A stretch of 64,000 nt of DNA from Camelus dromedarius (lineage: Eukaryota), in contig NC_087437.1 in assembly GCF_036321535.1 (NCBI RefSeq), positions 22,384,001 through 22,448,000 of the forward strand, written 5' to 3'. The notes below the pieces were generated by a model. The model was not told the origin of the DNA and made no database searches. It saw nothing but the letters and a program-made list of their open reading frames with translations. Positions 37,730-52,126 of the stretch are shown here, one piece after another (the first letter of the stretch is position 1; every line of letters begins with the position of its first letter). The position numbers and the translations under genes were made by a program.

Positions 37730-39960
37730 TAAGGTTTAAAATGCATGCTAGCAGGTAAAAGATGATAATAGATTAAAAAATAAGACTTTATTTTCTGAAG
37801 AGAAGGACCTCAGGGAATGAAATGATGTTGATCAAAACACTGAAATCTATTTCAAGCAATACAAGCTCACTGCTCACTTACAACCAAAATGAAATGGAGG
37901 AAAGAGGGAATCCCCACTGTCTGGTACTAATGAAAATGACTTTTCTATATTACTTTCCCTCTGTATTTTAGGATTCCATATTATAAGAACTAGAGGACAG
38001 AAGTGGGGCATGAACATAAAAGAAGAATATAACCATTTTAAGTTTTATTTCTGGGACAAGAAAGACATACCAGGCAATTTGAAGATTCTCTATAATGAAG
38101 TGGTATACTACACACAGGGCACCAGAAATATACCAAAGACTATATAAAGTTAGAATGCAGGACCTTGATTACAAAAATTATAGTGGGAAATTTAATGTAC
38201 ATCTTTCAGACTGCTATCTAGTAAAAAATATAGGTAAGGATATAGGAAATCTGAGTAACATAATAAAAAACTCAATTTCTTAAAAATAGAAAATATACTT
38301 TTTTCATGTCCATAGAACATACACCCAAGTCAGTGATGTGTTTGATCACAAAGAAAATCTTATATTTTAAAAGTAGAATCATTACAGATTACATTCTCAT
38401 AATTTGATAAATTAGAAATAAATAATAAAAAGGTAATCAAAAATTGTAATCATTCTGCAAACTAAAAAACTCTCCCTCCAAAAAATTATCAAAGGAAATT
38501 GGAACTGAATTATCTCAAGTGTAATCACTGAATCAGACAAGGATCATCAGTGGATGCTAAAAACAGGGAGTAAAGAATGTTGGTAACAGAAGATTCACAT
38601 AGCACTCAAGTATTGCCCCATAGATTAAAAACTAATTACAAAGGTAAAATCATACTTTTACAATGGAGGTTACCGCTATAACCATATGAATAAACTTAAC
38701 ATCACCAATAGTGGGGCAACTCGACCTTATGTGCCTGTTGATATGAAGTACATGTTAATTTTTATTTTTGAAATACACATCATTAAGCATATAGCATCAC
38801 GAATGAATATTCTTGCCAAAAGTGTTCAACCCGAATTTCAAACCTTGACCTAATTTCTAGTTTACAGGAAATATAGCATAGAGAAGAACATATTAATTGA
38901 TGCTATGAGGAAGCAAACAAGTCCAGAATGTGGAATAGTGTGCACAACAACTGACCTGGTTTCTTCTAAAAATCAATGTCATGGGGAAAAAAAAAGGAGA
39001 GAAATTGATTTAAGGAGACTAAAAAAAAAAAAAAAAAAAAAATTGACCAAATGCAGTACATAACCTCAATTGGATCATGAATTTAAAAATGTCTGTACAT
39101 GATATGTATTTTTTGCAATAACTGGGGAACTTTGAGTATGTACTGATAAAATTGTTAATTGTTTTTAGTATTTTTAGTATTTTGGTTATCTAAGAGAATG
39201 TCCCTATTTTTCAAAGATGCATCCTTCAGTATTTAGATAAGAATTGTATGATGTCTGTTTTTACACTTAAATGATTCAATGAAAAATAAAAGAATAAATA
39301 ACAACATATTTAATATATGTAATATATATGTATAAATAGAGAAAGGCAAGGAAGCAAAATGGGCAAATATTAATAGTGGATAAAACTAGGTAAAGGGTGC
39401 ATGGATATGTATTTTGCTATTATATTGAACCATGTGAAATTGCCAATACTTGACCATTTTTTGAGCTTAAAAAATGACAATTTTATATTTGAATACACAA
39501 ATTACCATAGGAAGCACATGGAAAGGTGATTAAAGACCTAGCATTAAAATGACTGCAGGAACCAGATAGTTTTACAGTTGACTTCTAACTAGGTTTTAAA
39601 GCCCTGATCATTTCTGTGCTATGCTATTTCAGACCATGAAAGAGTAGACGTCTTTAGCGCATGCTTTGACTATAGCACATCCTTAACATTATCTAAACCT
39701 AATAAAGACAGCTCCCTTTCCCCAAAGGAGAAAAAGAAAACCATAGACTAACCTCAGTTATTATTACAGATAACAGAATTGCAGGAAAACGCTATCCTGA
39801 GACTGTAAGAATAATTCAGTACCAGGATATTTATCAATATATTTCATCACATCAATTAAGTAGAGGAAAAAAACTATGTGATTATCTCAATATATGCTGA
39901 AAATGCTATTAAAATTCTTCTGACATTTCTAATAAAAGCTGTGAGTAAAATAGGGTTATT
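37730..39960 (+). mobile_element. Old L1M fragments
   Basis: A-rich ORF2-like and 3' UTR-like pieces. Confidence 0.65.
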
Positions 39961-40059
39961 AATGAGTGCTCAGTTCTGCTCAAAGGATTTTAACATGTAT
40001 TTTCTTATTTAATGTTCACACATTTAATCTTCAGAGATAGATGCTGTTATCCCCATTTT

Positions 40060-43000
40060 ACTCTCTAGGCTAGGAATCTAGGAGAGGGAATGCTGAGTCA
40101 CATAATAACTGTATGTTTAACTTTTTTAGAAACTGCTGAAGTGATTTTCAGATTGGCCGTATTGTTTTGCATTCCCACCAGCAACGCATCGACTCCGAGA
40201 ATGTAGCTTGCACTTTCATTCTCTTAACAGTGTCTTTTGCAAAGCAAAATACATTCATTTTGATGAAGTCTAATTTATCATTTTTTTCTTTTTTACATGA
40301 TGCTTTCGGTATAATATTAAAGAATCTTTGCCTAATTTAAGGTCATGAAGATTTTTCTCTTTAGTTTTCATCTAGAAGTTTTCTAGTTTTATATTTTACG
40401 TTTTGATTTATGATCCATTTTGAGTTGAGGTTTGTATAAAGTCTGAGGTTTAATTCAAGGTTTATTTTTTGGCTATGGATATTGTATTGGCTTTCTATTG
40501 CAGTGTAATAGAATCACCACAGTCTTAAAGGCTTAAACATTATCTTTTTATTAGCCCACAGTTCTCTGGGTTGGAAGTCTGGCATGGTGTGACTGGATCT
40601 TTTGCTTAGGGTATCACATTGGCTGAAATCAAGATATGGGCTGGGCTGAATTCTTGTCTGAGGCTCCAGAGTAAAATCTGCTTCCAAGTTCATTTTTTTT
40701 TTTTTTTTTTTTTTTTGGCAGAATCCCATTCCTTCTGGTTGTAGGCCTAGGGCTCCCTTTTCTTTGTCAGCTGTCAGCTAGGAACACTCTCAGGAACTAG
40801 AGGCTGCTTGCATTCCTTGACAAGTGGCCACCCCCATCTTCAAGCAGCAACAGTGCATCAAATCCTCCTTTTGCTCTGAATCTCTGAATTCCTCTTCTAT
40901 GACCAGCTAGAGAAAACTCTCTACTTGTAAAAAGGCTCAAGTCAGCACCTCCCAGGTAATCCCCTTATTTGAAAGTTAATCATGCCATTTAATGTGACCT
41001 AACCATGAGAATAAAAATTCATCATATTTGCAGTTCCAAGGGTTGTGCAAGGCATGGACACCAAAGTGGAAAGGGATGAGAAATGTGAGGCATTTTAGAA
41101 TTCTGCCTACCACAGATACCCAATTGGTCCAATACCATGCGTGGAAAATACTGTCCCTACTCCATTGAATTGCCTTTGTACCTTTGTCAAATCAATTAGC
41201 TATATTTGTATGGGTCTATTTCTGGAATCACTTCTGTTCAGTTGATCTATGTGTCTGCCCATTTGCCAATACCACATTGCAGCAGCTTTATAGTAAGTCT
41301 TAAAATCAAGCAGTGTGAGTCTCACAACTTAATTTTTCTTTTTCAGATTTGGTTTAGTTATTCTAGTCCCTTTGCCTTTCTTTCTAAATTAAAAAAAATC
41401 AGTTTGTATCTACAAAATATCCAGCTGGAATTCTGATTAGAAGTGCATTAAATTTATGGATCAGTTCATGGGGAATTGATATCTTGACTATATTCAGTCT
41501 TTCAATCCATAAACAGAGTGTATTTCTTCATTTATTTAGGTCTTTCTTTATTTCTTTCATTGGCATCTTGTATTTTTCAGTATACAGATCTTACATGTGG
41601 TTTGTTAAATTTATTCCTAAATATTTAAAGTTTTTGGAGCTATTGTTAGTGTTTTTGTTTGTATACATGGGATTTTTGAGCGTTGATTTTGTATCTTAGA
41701 ACCTAGGTAAACTCACCCATTATCTCTAGAAGCTTTTTTTTTTTTTTTTTTTAATAGATTCCTTGGTTCTACATAGGCAGTTATACTGTCTGCAAATTGA
41801 GCATTTATATTTCTTCCTTTCCAATCTGTAAGGATCTTACTGAATTTTCCTTGCCTTATTGCATTGGAGAGGAATACCAGTATAATGTTGAATACAAGTG
41901 GTGAGTGGACATCCTTGTCTCACTCCCAATATTAGGAAAAAACATTCAGTCTTCACCAATAAGTATGATGTTAGCTATGGGAGTTTTCTGATGCCCTTTA
42001 TCAGTTGAAGGATGTTTCCTTCTAGTCTTAGTTTGCTGAGTTGTTTTTTTTTTTTTTTAATCATGCATGAAAATTAATTTTTGTCAAATTGCTTTCATGT
42101 CAATTGATATGATCATGTTTTTCTTTAACCTGTTAATAGATTTCATTGATTGATATTTGAATATTGGACCAGTCTTGCATTCCTGGGATTAATCCCATGT
42201 AGTTTCAGTGTTTAGTCTTTTTGTGTATTGCTGGATTTAATTTGCTAATGTTTTGTTGAGGATTTTTGCATCTAAGTTCATGAAAGATATTAGACTGTAG
42301 TTTAACTTTTTTTTGTGACACTGTTATCTGGCTTTCGTATTTAGGTAATTCTGGTCTCTTAAAATGAGTTGGAAAATGTTCCTTCCTCTTCTGTTTTTTA
42401 AAAGAGGTTGTTTAGAATTAGTGTTATATCTTTTTCAATGAAAAATTTGCCAGTGAAAACATCTGGGTCTATAGTTTTCATTTTTGGAAGGTTTTAAACT
42501 ATGAATTTGATTTCTTTAGTAGATACAGAATTCAGTTTATTTCTTCTTGAATGAATTTTGGCAGTTTGCCAAGGATTGTTACATTTCATCAATTTTGTTG
42601 AGTTTATGTAGATAGAGTTGTTCACAGTATTCTCTAATTATCCTTTTAATGTTTCTAAGGTCTGTCATGAGGTTCCCTTTTAGTTCTTTTTCTTTTTGTC
42701 AGCATGACTAGAAATTTATCAATGTTATTCATGTTTTCAAAGAACCAGATTTTGGTTATTGACTTGTTTCTATTGTTTCCCCATTATCAATTCCATTGAT
42801 TTATATTCAAATCTTTTATTATCCTTCCTTTTGCTTGATTTGGATTTAGTTTGATTTCTTATTTTTCTAATCCTGGAAGCTTAGATTGTTAACTTGAGAC
42901 CTTCCTTGTCTTCTAATGTAAGCATTTAGTGCTATAAATTTTTTTCTGAGCACTGCTTTAGCTGCATGCCACAAGCTTTGGTAGATTAGATTTTTTCATT

Positions 43001-45750
43001 TTCCTTTACTTCATGATATTTTCTAATTTCCCTTGGGTTTTTATCTTTAAACCATGGATTGTTTAGAATTGTTTTATTTAATTTCCAAGTATTTGGATAT
43101 TTTCCAAATACTCTTTGTGTTATTTACCTCTAGTTTAATTCCATTGTGGTCAGAGAACAGACATTATATAATTTCAATTTTATTAAATTTGTAAGATTTG
43201 TTTTATGAACTGGGATATGATCTAGTTTGCTGTATCTGTGTGCACTTGAAAGAATGTGTATTACACTGTTTTTGGGTGGAGTGTTCTATAAATGTCAATT
43301 AAATCCAGTTGGTTAACGGTATTGTTCAGTTCTTCTATACTTTTACTGATTTTCTGCCTATTTACTATACCAATTACTTAGGGATGGTATTGCGGTTTCC
43401 AACTATAAGTATGGATTTGTCTATTTTTCCTTTTAGATTTACTGGTTTTTGCTTCATACATTTTAAAGCTATGTTATTAGGTACATACACATCTTATATA
43501 GTCATGCCTTCTTGGTAAGTTGACCCTTTTACCGCTATGCAATGTCTTTCTTTATCCATGGGTAGTTTTCTTGCTCTGAAGACTATTTTGTCTGATATTA
43601 ATATGGCCACTCCAGTTTCAGCTTGGTGTTTACATGGTACATCTTTCTTACATCTTTTCCTATTCTTTTATATTTAATTTAACTATATTATTATATTTAA
43701 AGTGTGTTTCTTATAGAGAGGATATCAGCATACAGTTAAGTCTTGCTTTTTTGTCCACCATGACAATCTGTTTCTTTGAATCAACATCTTTATATCATTC
43801 AAATTTAATATAATTTTCAATATGCTTAGATTTAGATCTACCATCTTATTACTTGTTTTCTGTTTGTTCTTTTGTTCCCCCATCTCCCATTTCCCTCTCC
43901 TCCTTTCTTTGGGGTTATTTGAATTTATTTTGTATTCTATATCATCTATTGGATTTTTGACTATACCTTATTGTTTAGAATTTTTAATAGTTGATCTAGA
44001 AATTACAATATAAATACTTAATTTTTCACAGTCTACTTACTAATATTTTATCACTTCACGTGGAATGTAGAAAACTTACATCTTACAGGTCCCTTTATAT
44101 GTTCTCCTTTTAGAAAACTCCATAAGACAATGTTAACATTTTTCTTTAAACAATCATACATATTTGAAGTGTCTTAAGGGGAAAAAATAGTCTATTATAT
44201 TAAACTAATATTTACTATTTTTGTTGTTCTTCCTTTGTTCCTGGTGTTCAAAGTTGCCCTTTAATATCATTTCTTCCACCTGAAGAAATTCCTTTGGCAT
44301 TTTAATTTTTTTTTTAGAGCAAGTCTGCTGGTGAAAAATTCGATTCCCACTTTTGTACAAATTGGATAATATCTAATAATGTGTCTTCAAGCTCACTGAC
44401 TCTTTCATCTGCCACTCTTTATCTGATTGTTAACCCAATCCAGTAAATTTTTTGTTTTGGTTACTGCATTTTTTGGTTCTAAATTTTCCATTTATTTTTT
44501 TTTTTGTAGCTTCTGTTTCCCTGCTGATGTTTTCCCAATTTTTTCATTTGTTTCCATTGTGTTTACTCTCACTTCTTGGGGAATAGTTATAATAGGTGCT
44601 TTAAAGCCTTGGTCTGTTAAAATCAATATCTGTGTCATCTTGGGTTGATATGTTAGTTGTCTTTGTCTTTACCTTTGTGAAATTTTAAGATTTCCCTGGT
44701 TTTCATATGCTGAGTAATTTTGGATTTATTCTAGCAACTTTGAAGATTATGTTTAGTGACTCTGGATTTAGATGTGTTAAATGACATAGGTTTCCTCTAT
44801 GAAGAATGTTGATTTTTTTTTTTTATCAGTCAATTAACCACATTAGGTCCAAGACACAAATTCTTACCTGCCTTCTTTTATCTGTGGTTCCAATGTCAGT
44901 TCAGTTTCAAAGTCTTTGCAGTGCTATTCATATCTGTTCTGCATGTGTGCCATCCAGTGTCTAGTCTGGGGCCTGAGTGATGCTCTCCCTTGTAGTTCAT
45001 TTCTCAAAGACTTTGGTGAGCTCTTTAGGGTCAGATACATACTTACACAGCTTGGGGGTGAGCTCAAAAGTTTATATACAATTTTATAGAATCACTTTCT
45101 TGTGCTCCCTCCACTCCACAATCTCCTCCACATTTTCTGGCTTTCCAAAGCCCACAACTTTAGTTTTCTTACACTGCTCTGTGTTTCCTATGATTTTTCC
45201 ATAATATTGGGCCTGCTTTTAAGGTTAAGCAGTGAAAGGATTAAGAGTGAAAAAAGCCCAGTGGGAATTCGTCCCAAGGTCCCAGGACATCAGTTCCTCT
45301 GGTTGGAAATTTAGGGGTCTGCCCCACTGTTGCTGCCATCATCACCACTGCTGCCTCAGGTGTGCCTGGCACTGGGATGAGAATGAAGCAAACCCAGGGG
45401 ATTCCTCTCATCTTCTGATCCACTGGGGTCCTCTTTCCTGTTCCTTATGCCCAAAACAGAGAATTTATTTTGCAGTTCTTTCTGTTTTCCTTGCTGTGCA
45501 ATTCTGGCCTTTGAACTGCCTTTGAGTTCAGGTCAAGAGATTCCAGAGAGTAAAAAAAAAAAAATGGGAAATTCACCACTGGTTTAGTAGTACTCCGAAT
45601 TCTTGTTTCCTTCCCCAATCTGTCTGCTACTATTTGATTTTAAGAGTCCTTAGATAACTATATACATTCTGTCCAGGGATTTTAATTGCATTCAGTGGAA
45701 GAGGCAGAGGGGAATAAGTAATCTTACTCCATCTCGACCAGAACTAGAAC
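40060..45750 (-). mobile_element. Long (~5.7 kb) old L1
   Basis: Antisense ORF2 hallmarks (ttccattgtggtcagagaa, agtatgatgttagct) running into 5' UTR-like sequence. Confidence 0.9.
40483..41114 (-). mobile_element. MLT1D/E-type LTR nested in L1
   Basis: TG...ttctgcctaccaCA with 5-bp TSD gatat/gatac. Confidence 0.85.
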
Positions 45751-45913
45751 CTCCTCCATAGCCTTTTGAATCAAAAGTTTCATGTATTGAATTTAAAATA
45801 TTTTTTTCAGAATTCATCTACTACCGAAAGTAAAGATACATCTATTACTTTAAGTAAGGCATCTATATTGGGTCTTACTTTATGATAGCAGGCAAAAAAA
45901 TTCTCTTCAATAG

Positions 45914-46725
45914 AGCAGAATGTTCATTGTTGGGTAAACTTAATAAATGGGTGAAGCTTATTGATACTGATGTTTTCAAGAGCATGTTGGAGAAGATAAA
46001 TGAGAACTTGCCTAGTGGAGGGTAGCTGGCAGTTGTGAAGATAAAGACTGTTATCTCTGGAACTGGGAAGATGCTGTATACAGAAAGAAAGCATATGAAA
46101 GAGCCCAGATGGCATTGGAAGCAAGTTTAGGAGCTGCTAATTCATGCTTGTTAAGAACCTGGAATTTATTTAGGTCAACAACAGGTTACTAGAGTTATCC
46201 AATGTCTTCAATAAAATATGCCAAAGTAGATTGGCTTAAGCAATACATAAAAGTTCTGAAACTTTTTTAGAAGAACCCACAGAAAACAGAACATAATTTT
46301 CAGTGGGAATTATAGGTAAGAAACACTAAGTGTAAGTTTATATTCAAATGGATAAACTGGTTTTCCATGTTTCATGTCAGAGGGTATTTCTTGGGCTTGG
46401 CAATTAATACAAATCGATACAAAATATACAAATTGGTACAAACTCAATGCAAAATAATAACCCAATGCAAATCAATGATGTGGTGCAAATTAAATACCTG
46501 AAAAGATTCTAAGCAAGGATTATTATGTTAAGAAGAAAATAGAAGCATGCTCTAGAAAGAATCTTTCTGAGCTGTGGTATAAATTTAATGCTTGTTGTGA
46601 GCATTTGTCTTTAAGAGGTTTATCATTTTGACTGCAGAAATAGGAGCTGCCTGTAAAATTGATGAGTCCAGTCACTACATAAAATGAACTAAGCTCCCCA
46701 GAGACTCTTTCTTTATATTTCCCAT
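45914..46725 (+). pseudogene. Two decayed exons (45914-46315, 46638-46725)
   Basis: Canonical AG and gtaaga/gtaagc sites. LIDTDVFKSMLEKINENL; AYERAQMALEASLGAANSCLLRTWNLFRSTTGY. Confidence 0.55.
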
Positions 46726-46859
46726 GTAAGCCATGCTTTCACAAATACAATTAATTAGTAACACTTTATGTATATGTATGTGTGTATATATATGCCATAG
46801 GCAGTAAAAGAGTGGATAAGAAAAGGTTCGTATGTGGTCATTTGGGTATTGTTAAAGCA

Positions 46860-47090
46860 ACATTTGTTGAGTACTTACTGTGTGCTCTAAATTTATACAT
46901 GTAATTCTTAATTCATGTAACAATCCAAAGAGGTAGGTATTATTATTATTCCAATTTTACAGAGAAGGAAATTGAAGCATAGAGAGGTTGAATTTATTGC
47001 TCAAGTTCCCACAGCTAGTAAGAGAGGGAGACAGGGTTGAGCCCCACACCGTCCACCTCCAAAGTGTGTGTGCTGATTTACTACATTAAT
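46860..47090 (-). mobile_element. MIR SINE
   Basis: attttacagagaaggaaattgaagcatagagagg core. Confidence 0.8.
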
Positions 47091-47336
47091 ATACCAGTGA
47101 AGCAAGTTGTTAAACATGCAAGAGACTTTGGATGCTAGAAAGAAAACCAAACAGAACACTGCTAGTGAGGGAACATGATTATATGTATGATTCCATTTTA
47201 TTAAATTGATATTTCCTCACCTCAGCAATACAAGAAGTCTGTAGGTAAGCAGGTATATTTAAGTGTTATTGTTTAAGATTAAAAAAATATTACTAAAAAT
47301 AGTTCTCTCTTTACCTCTGTCTATATCCCCATGAAG

Positions 47337-48945
47337 GCTGTTATTAAAAATTTTGTAACCAGTGGGTATATATGGTAAAGAAATCATTCTAGGATGACAT
47401 AAAATGGGATGGGCCCTAAACCCCAAATAAAATTTAAACTCTTAACTAAAATAATGATAGTTGAGATCTTGCACTATCTACAAGTTATTAACTCTGCAAC
47501 GGACACAGGGCAGTTTGTGCAATTTTTTTGTTTGATCTGTGGGTGGAAGAGGCCGACAGCTGGCTTACTTGGGATTCCAAATGGGGTTGGAAGATGAGCC
47601 TGAGGGTAATAAATTCCTCTAATTCCAAATTCCTATAATTGAGGAAGACAAACTTCCCCGCTTGGCTACCTTAGACCAGGGCTGGCCTTGTTTACCTTTA
47701 ACTTTTCTAGGTCAAAGAGAAAAATCTGCACTGAAAAATGTCTGTGCTGTGTAAGTCAAACCAATCACTCATGATGGATGAAGATTTCCTGTGTTTCTTT
47801 TTAACAGGCCTGTCTTGGTTATAAAAGTACATCTCTTTTTCCTCCAGAGGATTTGTTAATCACGGTAGATTGCAGAGAAAGCTCATTTATTTAGGGTGGC
47901 AGAAGAATGAACTAGCTGGGACTGCAGGCCCTGGGCTCAGGCTGCCTCTGCTTGGAGTCTGACTCTGCAGCCCGACAGTGGGACCCCGAGCCACTTCTCC
48001 CGGCCTCAGGCATCCTAAGATGTCGCTACGACTATCATCCCCACTTGATAGATTAGAGGCTGGGTCACAGGGAGGTTTGTGCCTTGCACCTTATTATCTA
48101 ATATCTAGCACAGAGTAAATAGTCAATAAAAGCTGGCTATTACTCTTTAAGACATAAGCAGCAAAAATCTTGAAGCTGTAGACATCCTCTTGATGAGGGC
48201 ACTTTCTCATTATCATCTGGAATACAGGTTCTGAATTGCTCTGCTGTGCAAGGCTTTCTGTACTGTGATTCAGATATTTTGAAGAGATGAGTCCAGCATT
48301 ACTATCTGGGAGAAGCCAGGAAAGGTTTGTACTGTGGTATGGGCTCCGTTCTCATGAGATTTGTTAACCCCATGTGATGCTCTACTCTAAACTAAGGATG
48401 GGGTTATCACCCTAAATTAATTACCACTGCCCGAAAGCTCTGCCTTATTGGGTTTTGAGGCTTATTTGTGAGCATGTATGATCATTTGGTAGATAATACT
48501 GTTTACTGGCCTCTGTAGGGCAAAGCCTGACACTTTGATCCCTTGTTTCCTGGCCAACAGCAGAGCTAGTCCTTGGAGACTGGGGGTTGGGTTTTTCTCA
48601 CCACCAGTATTAATGTATTTTACAGAAGAGAGGAGATTTGAATTCTAATCAAGAAACCATTCTACTTTCTTTTACATGAAAATCTCCAAAATAATACAGG
48701 AAGAGTCTTCTTTTTCTCTAGAACTTTAAGAAACAAAGACCTGTGATTTATTTCAAATGCTGAATTAAAAATATCTTGTTATTATTTAAAAAAAAACAGC
48801 TTTAGGACAAGAAATTTGAATGTGCTTAGGACAAGACTTTACCGATGGAGAATTTGTTTCCTATGTAAAGATCATTCTGAGTTTCTCTAAGCATGAGGTC
48901 ATTGCTGTTTTGAAGTTATTTCTATCAAAGTGCAATTCATACTAA
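47337..48945 (+). pseudogene. Chain of decayed exons (47337-47605, 47808-47864, 48228-48324, 48519-~48945)
   Basis: The last three splice in phase: KYISFSSRGFVNH|GSELLCCARLSVL*FRYFEEMSPALLS...|...SPPVLMYFTEERRFEF*SRNHSTFFYMKI...FSKHEVIAVLKLFLSK. The first reads LQVINSATDTGQFVQFF. Confidence 0.65.
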
Positions 48946-49251
48946 TATTATCAATTTTTACCTTATATAAAACATTTTATCTACATCTTACTGTGGTAGT
49001 TTGCAGCTGAATAGCAAATTTTATAGGGATTGAAAAAATAGCTCAAGTACATACCTAATAATTTAAGAGGAAAAAATCTAGAAAAAAAATCAAGAAGGGA
49101 AGGCAATGTAAAGTGTATAAATAAATCATAACCAAGTGAGGATGTCTGAGTTCATTCAACATCACATTTGCATTCTTGCTCCTTGGGTTTCCCTTTATGT
49201 GTCATTTTATTAAAGCTCCAATTTACTTACATTGTGGTATTTTATGGAAAG

Positions 49252-51290
49252 AGTCAGACATGAAAGTTAGTTAATGAGATGTTGCTCTGTAAACAAGCAA
49301 AGTCTTGCTAAATATAGTGTAAGTGATGGACAACTATCATTGAAAAGCTATAATAAGATTGAGGATTTCTTTGATAGCATTATAAACCATGACAGGGAAG
49401 TGGAGCATAAGACGGTGTCACTGTAACATGGTCAAACCAAATTTATGTCATGCTTGTGTGTGTGTTTGCACACACACTGACTTATGGTCCTGTTCTTTTA
49501 TGTTTATTCTATTATGTTCTATTTCCCTCCCATTGATGAATGCACAGTGGCATTTTCTCCTCAAGTGAGCACCTGCTTCCTTCTGGTATAGGTCCTAAAA
49601 TATGTGAACTGAAGGCTCAGGTGTTCTTGGCCTTGGGCAACCCCAGTCAAATCTGACAGTATTTAATACCAGCCCCATCTCCATGTGGGGTTATAAGTCT
49701 AAACCAGTGGTTCTCAAAATGTGCCTAGAACCAGCAGCATCAGTGTTACCTGGAATGGGTTTGAAATGCAAGTTCTTGGGCCCTGACCCAGACCTACTTG
49801 ATCAGAAGCTCTGGGGCAAGGGCCCAGTAATCTGAGGTTTAATGGCCCCTCCCAGTGGTTCTGATGTTCATTAAAGTTTGAGAGCTTTTGGTCTTAACTC
49901 GGTCCTCCTGCCCTGTGTCCTGTCTGCCTGGGTTGACTTCCTGGGTACACACATCCTTATAAACCTCACTTATCCCCCTCTGATTTCCTCATGACCAGAT
50001 CTCTGGTCTCTCTAACTGGGTTTCTGCCTGACTTCAGATTAACACTAGTTCCCAGCTGGGACTTCCACCTGGCCTGCTAGACTGGAGCCCTGTTGGCTCC
50101 CTTCCCTAAATACATCAGGGTCCTGCTTTCACTGCTCTCCCCTCCTGGCTGGTGGGCAAGTCTGGCACTGAATCAGCAGGGCCATTTGGGGCCAGTTCTC
50201 ACTGAGGCATCCATGACCTGGCAACTCCATGCTGTGCCCCTAGCAGGCCATAAGGCCATAATAATACTGGCCTAAGATGACCTCCAGGCCCCTCTCGTGT
50301 GGGCACTATGGTTGACATTACTATGTTTTTTTATTAGGCTCTGTTTTATAACCTGAATAATCTCTCTAATCTGCCAAAACCCCCACTGTTATATTACCCT
50401 CTCCCTGCTGCCCAGACATCAAGAGACTGCATAAGCTATGACATCTATTTGAAGCCAATGGATACGTTTGGAAAACACCATAGGAGAGCTAGGTAAACAC
50501 TCTAAGGTAAAACATGTTATTGATTTGGGGACAACCTCTTTAAGCGTAAAAAGAAAGACAACAGTAGAAAATAAGTTATATTTGAATTACTTCAAGAAAA
50601 ATGTTGACATCACTACTTTATATTCTGAATATTTGAATTTACCTGATAGAGCCTTCAATATGTTTATCTGCTGGGGATTGGTCTCCTCTAACTCCTGCTT
50701 TCCAAGTCCTAATTTTTCTATGCATGGATCCACCTACTGAATTTTACTTTCCAGAAACCCGAACACATCATTATCTTACTATCAGTTTACATGGGACCCA
50801 ACACTATAGCATTTAATGTCATATTTGTGCTCATCCAGAGCACTGTGAAAGAAATTACAGGTCACATTTTGCCTGGAAAATTGTCCAGTGAGCATTTCAA
50901 AGCTCTCTCCATTTCAACCTTTGGTCAAAGTCCTTTTTTGTGTTTAGTAATATTCACAGTACTTTAAGGGGTCCTTTTCCCCCCATGAATATGGCTTAAT
51001 GCATAGCAACTTGGCCTAGTTTAGACATAAGCTTTCTTATACTAAATTCATGAGCCCTGTTTCTGCTTCTATTTGTCAAATAGATAGAAATTTGTCAGTA
51101 AAAGCCTAAAAAAAGGAATTTACTTGTGTGGTTATGTTCATTTAATTTTTTCACGTAGCAATTATTTATTCAGTTCTGCCATGTGCCAGGCACTGCACTG
51201 GTGCTCGAATAACAGAGTCCTTGTCTGGAAGAATTTTCTTGGAAGTCCCTTTCCAGTCAGATGGATCTTTTCCTGCCACATGTAGTAGGT
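49252..51290 (+). pseudogene. Decayed exon candidates (~49252-49430, 50416-~50800, ~51215-51288)
   Basis: NEMLLCKQAK/..QLSLKSYNKIEDF; VENKLYLNYFKK..TLYSEYLNLPDRAFNM; LVWKNFLGSPF. Confidence 0.45.
49705..49890. mobile_element. MER5A (hAT-Charlie)
   Basis: Starts cagtggttctcaaa; 8-bp TSD gtctaaac/gtcttaac. Confidence 0.85.
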
Positions 51291-51910
51291 ACAGATTTGC
51301 CTAACAGAGAATGGGTGGGGACCAGGGAGGGGCTGCTTGATCATCAAGATATATGGCTTTGGGAAGTGAAATGTGATTTACGTAAAGCACTGTTACATTC
51401 TGGGAGAATGAGGACCCAGGTCAAAGAAATACTTAAATAAAGACAAGAACATTTTACAACAGATTTACCCCTTTTCACAATTGGCACCAGCTGTTCATTT
51501 TTCATCAAATTGTCTACTCCCTGAATACTTCAGTTTTATGGCAGTCATCTCCCCAGCACTGCTCATTGGAGGGCCCCTGATGGAAGCCTTGACCCCATCT
51601 TCCTTTGAGAAATTGTCTAGTCGGTGTCTATAGCATCCCTCGGGCTAAATATATGGCTCACTAATCAAATACATTTAAGCATTTCCTGTGTCCCTAATTC
51701 TATCGTAAGTGCTGTGAGGAATTAAAAATAAAACAAATTCATTTTCTCCTTGGTATTACAGCTTTTTCTGTATTAATCTCTTTGGATCATGAAGATCTTG
51801 AGGCCAAGACCTGGGTCTTACTCAATTTTGGAAACTCCATAGCATATCAGATTGTACTCAATAAATGTGGCTGGAGGGAAGATATCATAGATAAATAAAT
51901 TCATTCCTAG

Positions 51911-52099
51911 GGACAGACTGGAAACAGACATCATCCGAGATTTCTAGAACTCTTGGAAAAGTTCAGTTCTATTGGTGATGGGTCATGTTGTTTCACCTTG
52001 TCTGCTTTACCCCCGGGGAAGTTAGTGGACAGACATGCCGTTGCACTCTGGACCAAGTCAGCAACACAAGAACAGCAGTGCAGGCATGCCTCGTCATGA
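51911..52099 (+). pseudogene. Decayed exon adjacent to the SLC9A9 exon
   Basis: ttcctag| acceptor. DRLETD/x/HPRFLELLEK with a 1-nt frameshift, matching RGS LMExDSYPRFL. A 62-codon open frame ends at TGA 52097-52099. Confidence 0.6.
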
Positions 52100-52126
52100 T
52101 TTCCTTCGTCAAGCAGCGTCACTCAC

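Larger units (their letters stand above)
1..52126 (-). other. SLC9A9: SLC9A9 intron downstream of the exon (continues past window start)
   Basis: Donor gtgagt at 52121-52126 (minus strand). The next NHE9 exon (VGVDLDE...) was not found in the window. Confidence 0.85.

Noticed and set aside
41206..45525. Hydrophobic Phe/Leu-rich ORFs
   Set aside because: Antisense reading of T-rich L1 sequence.
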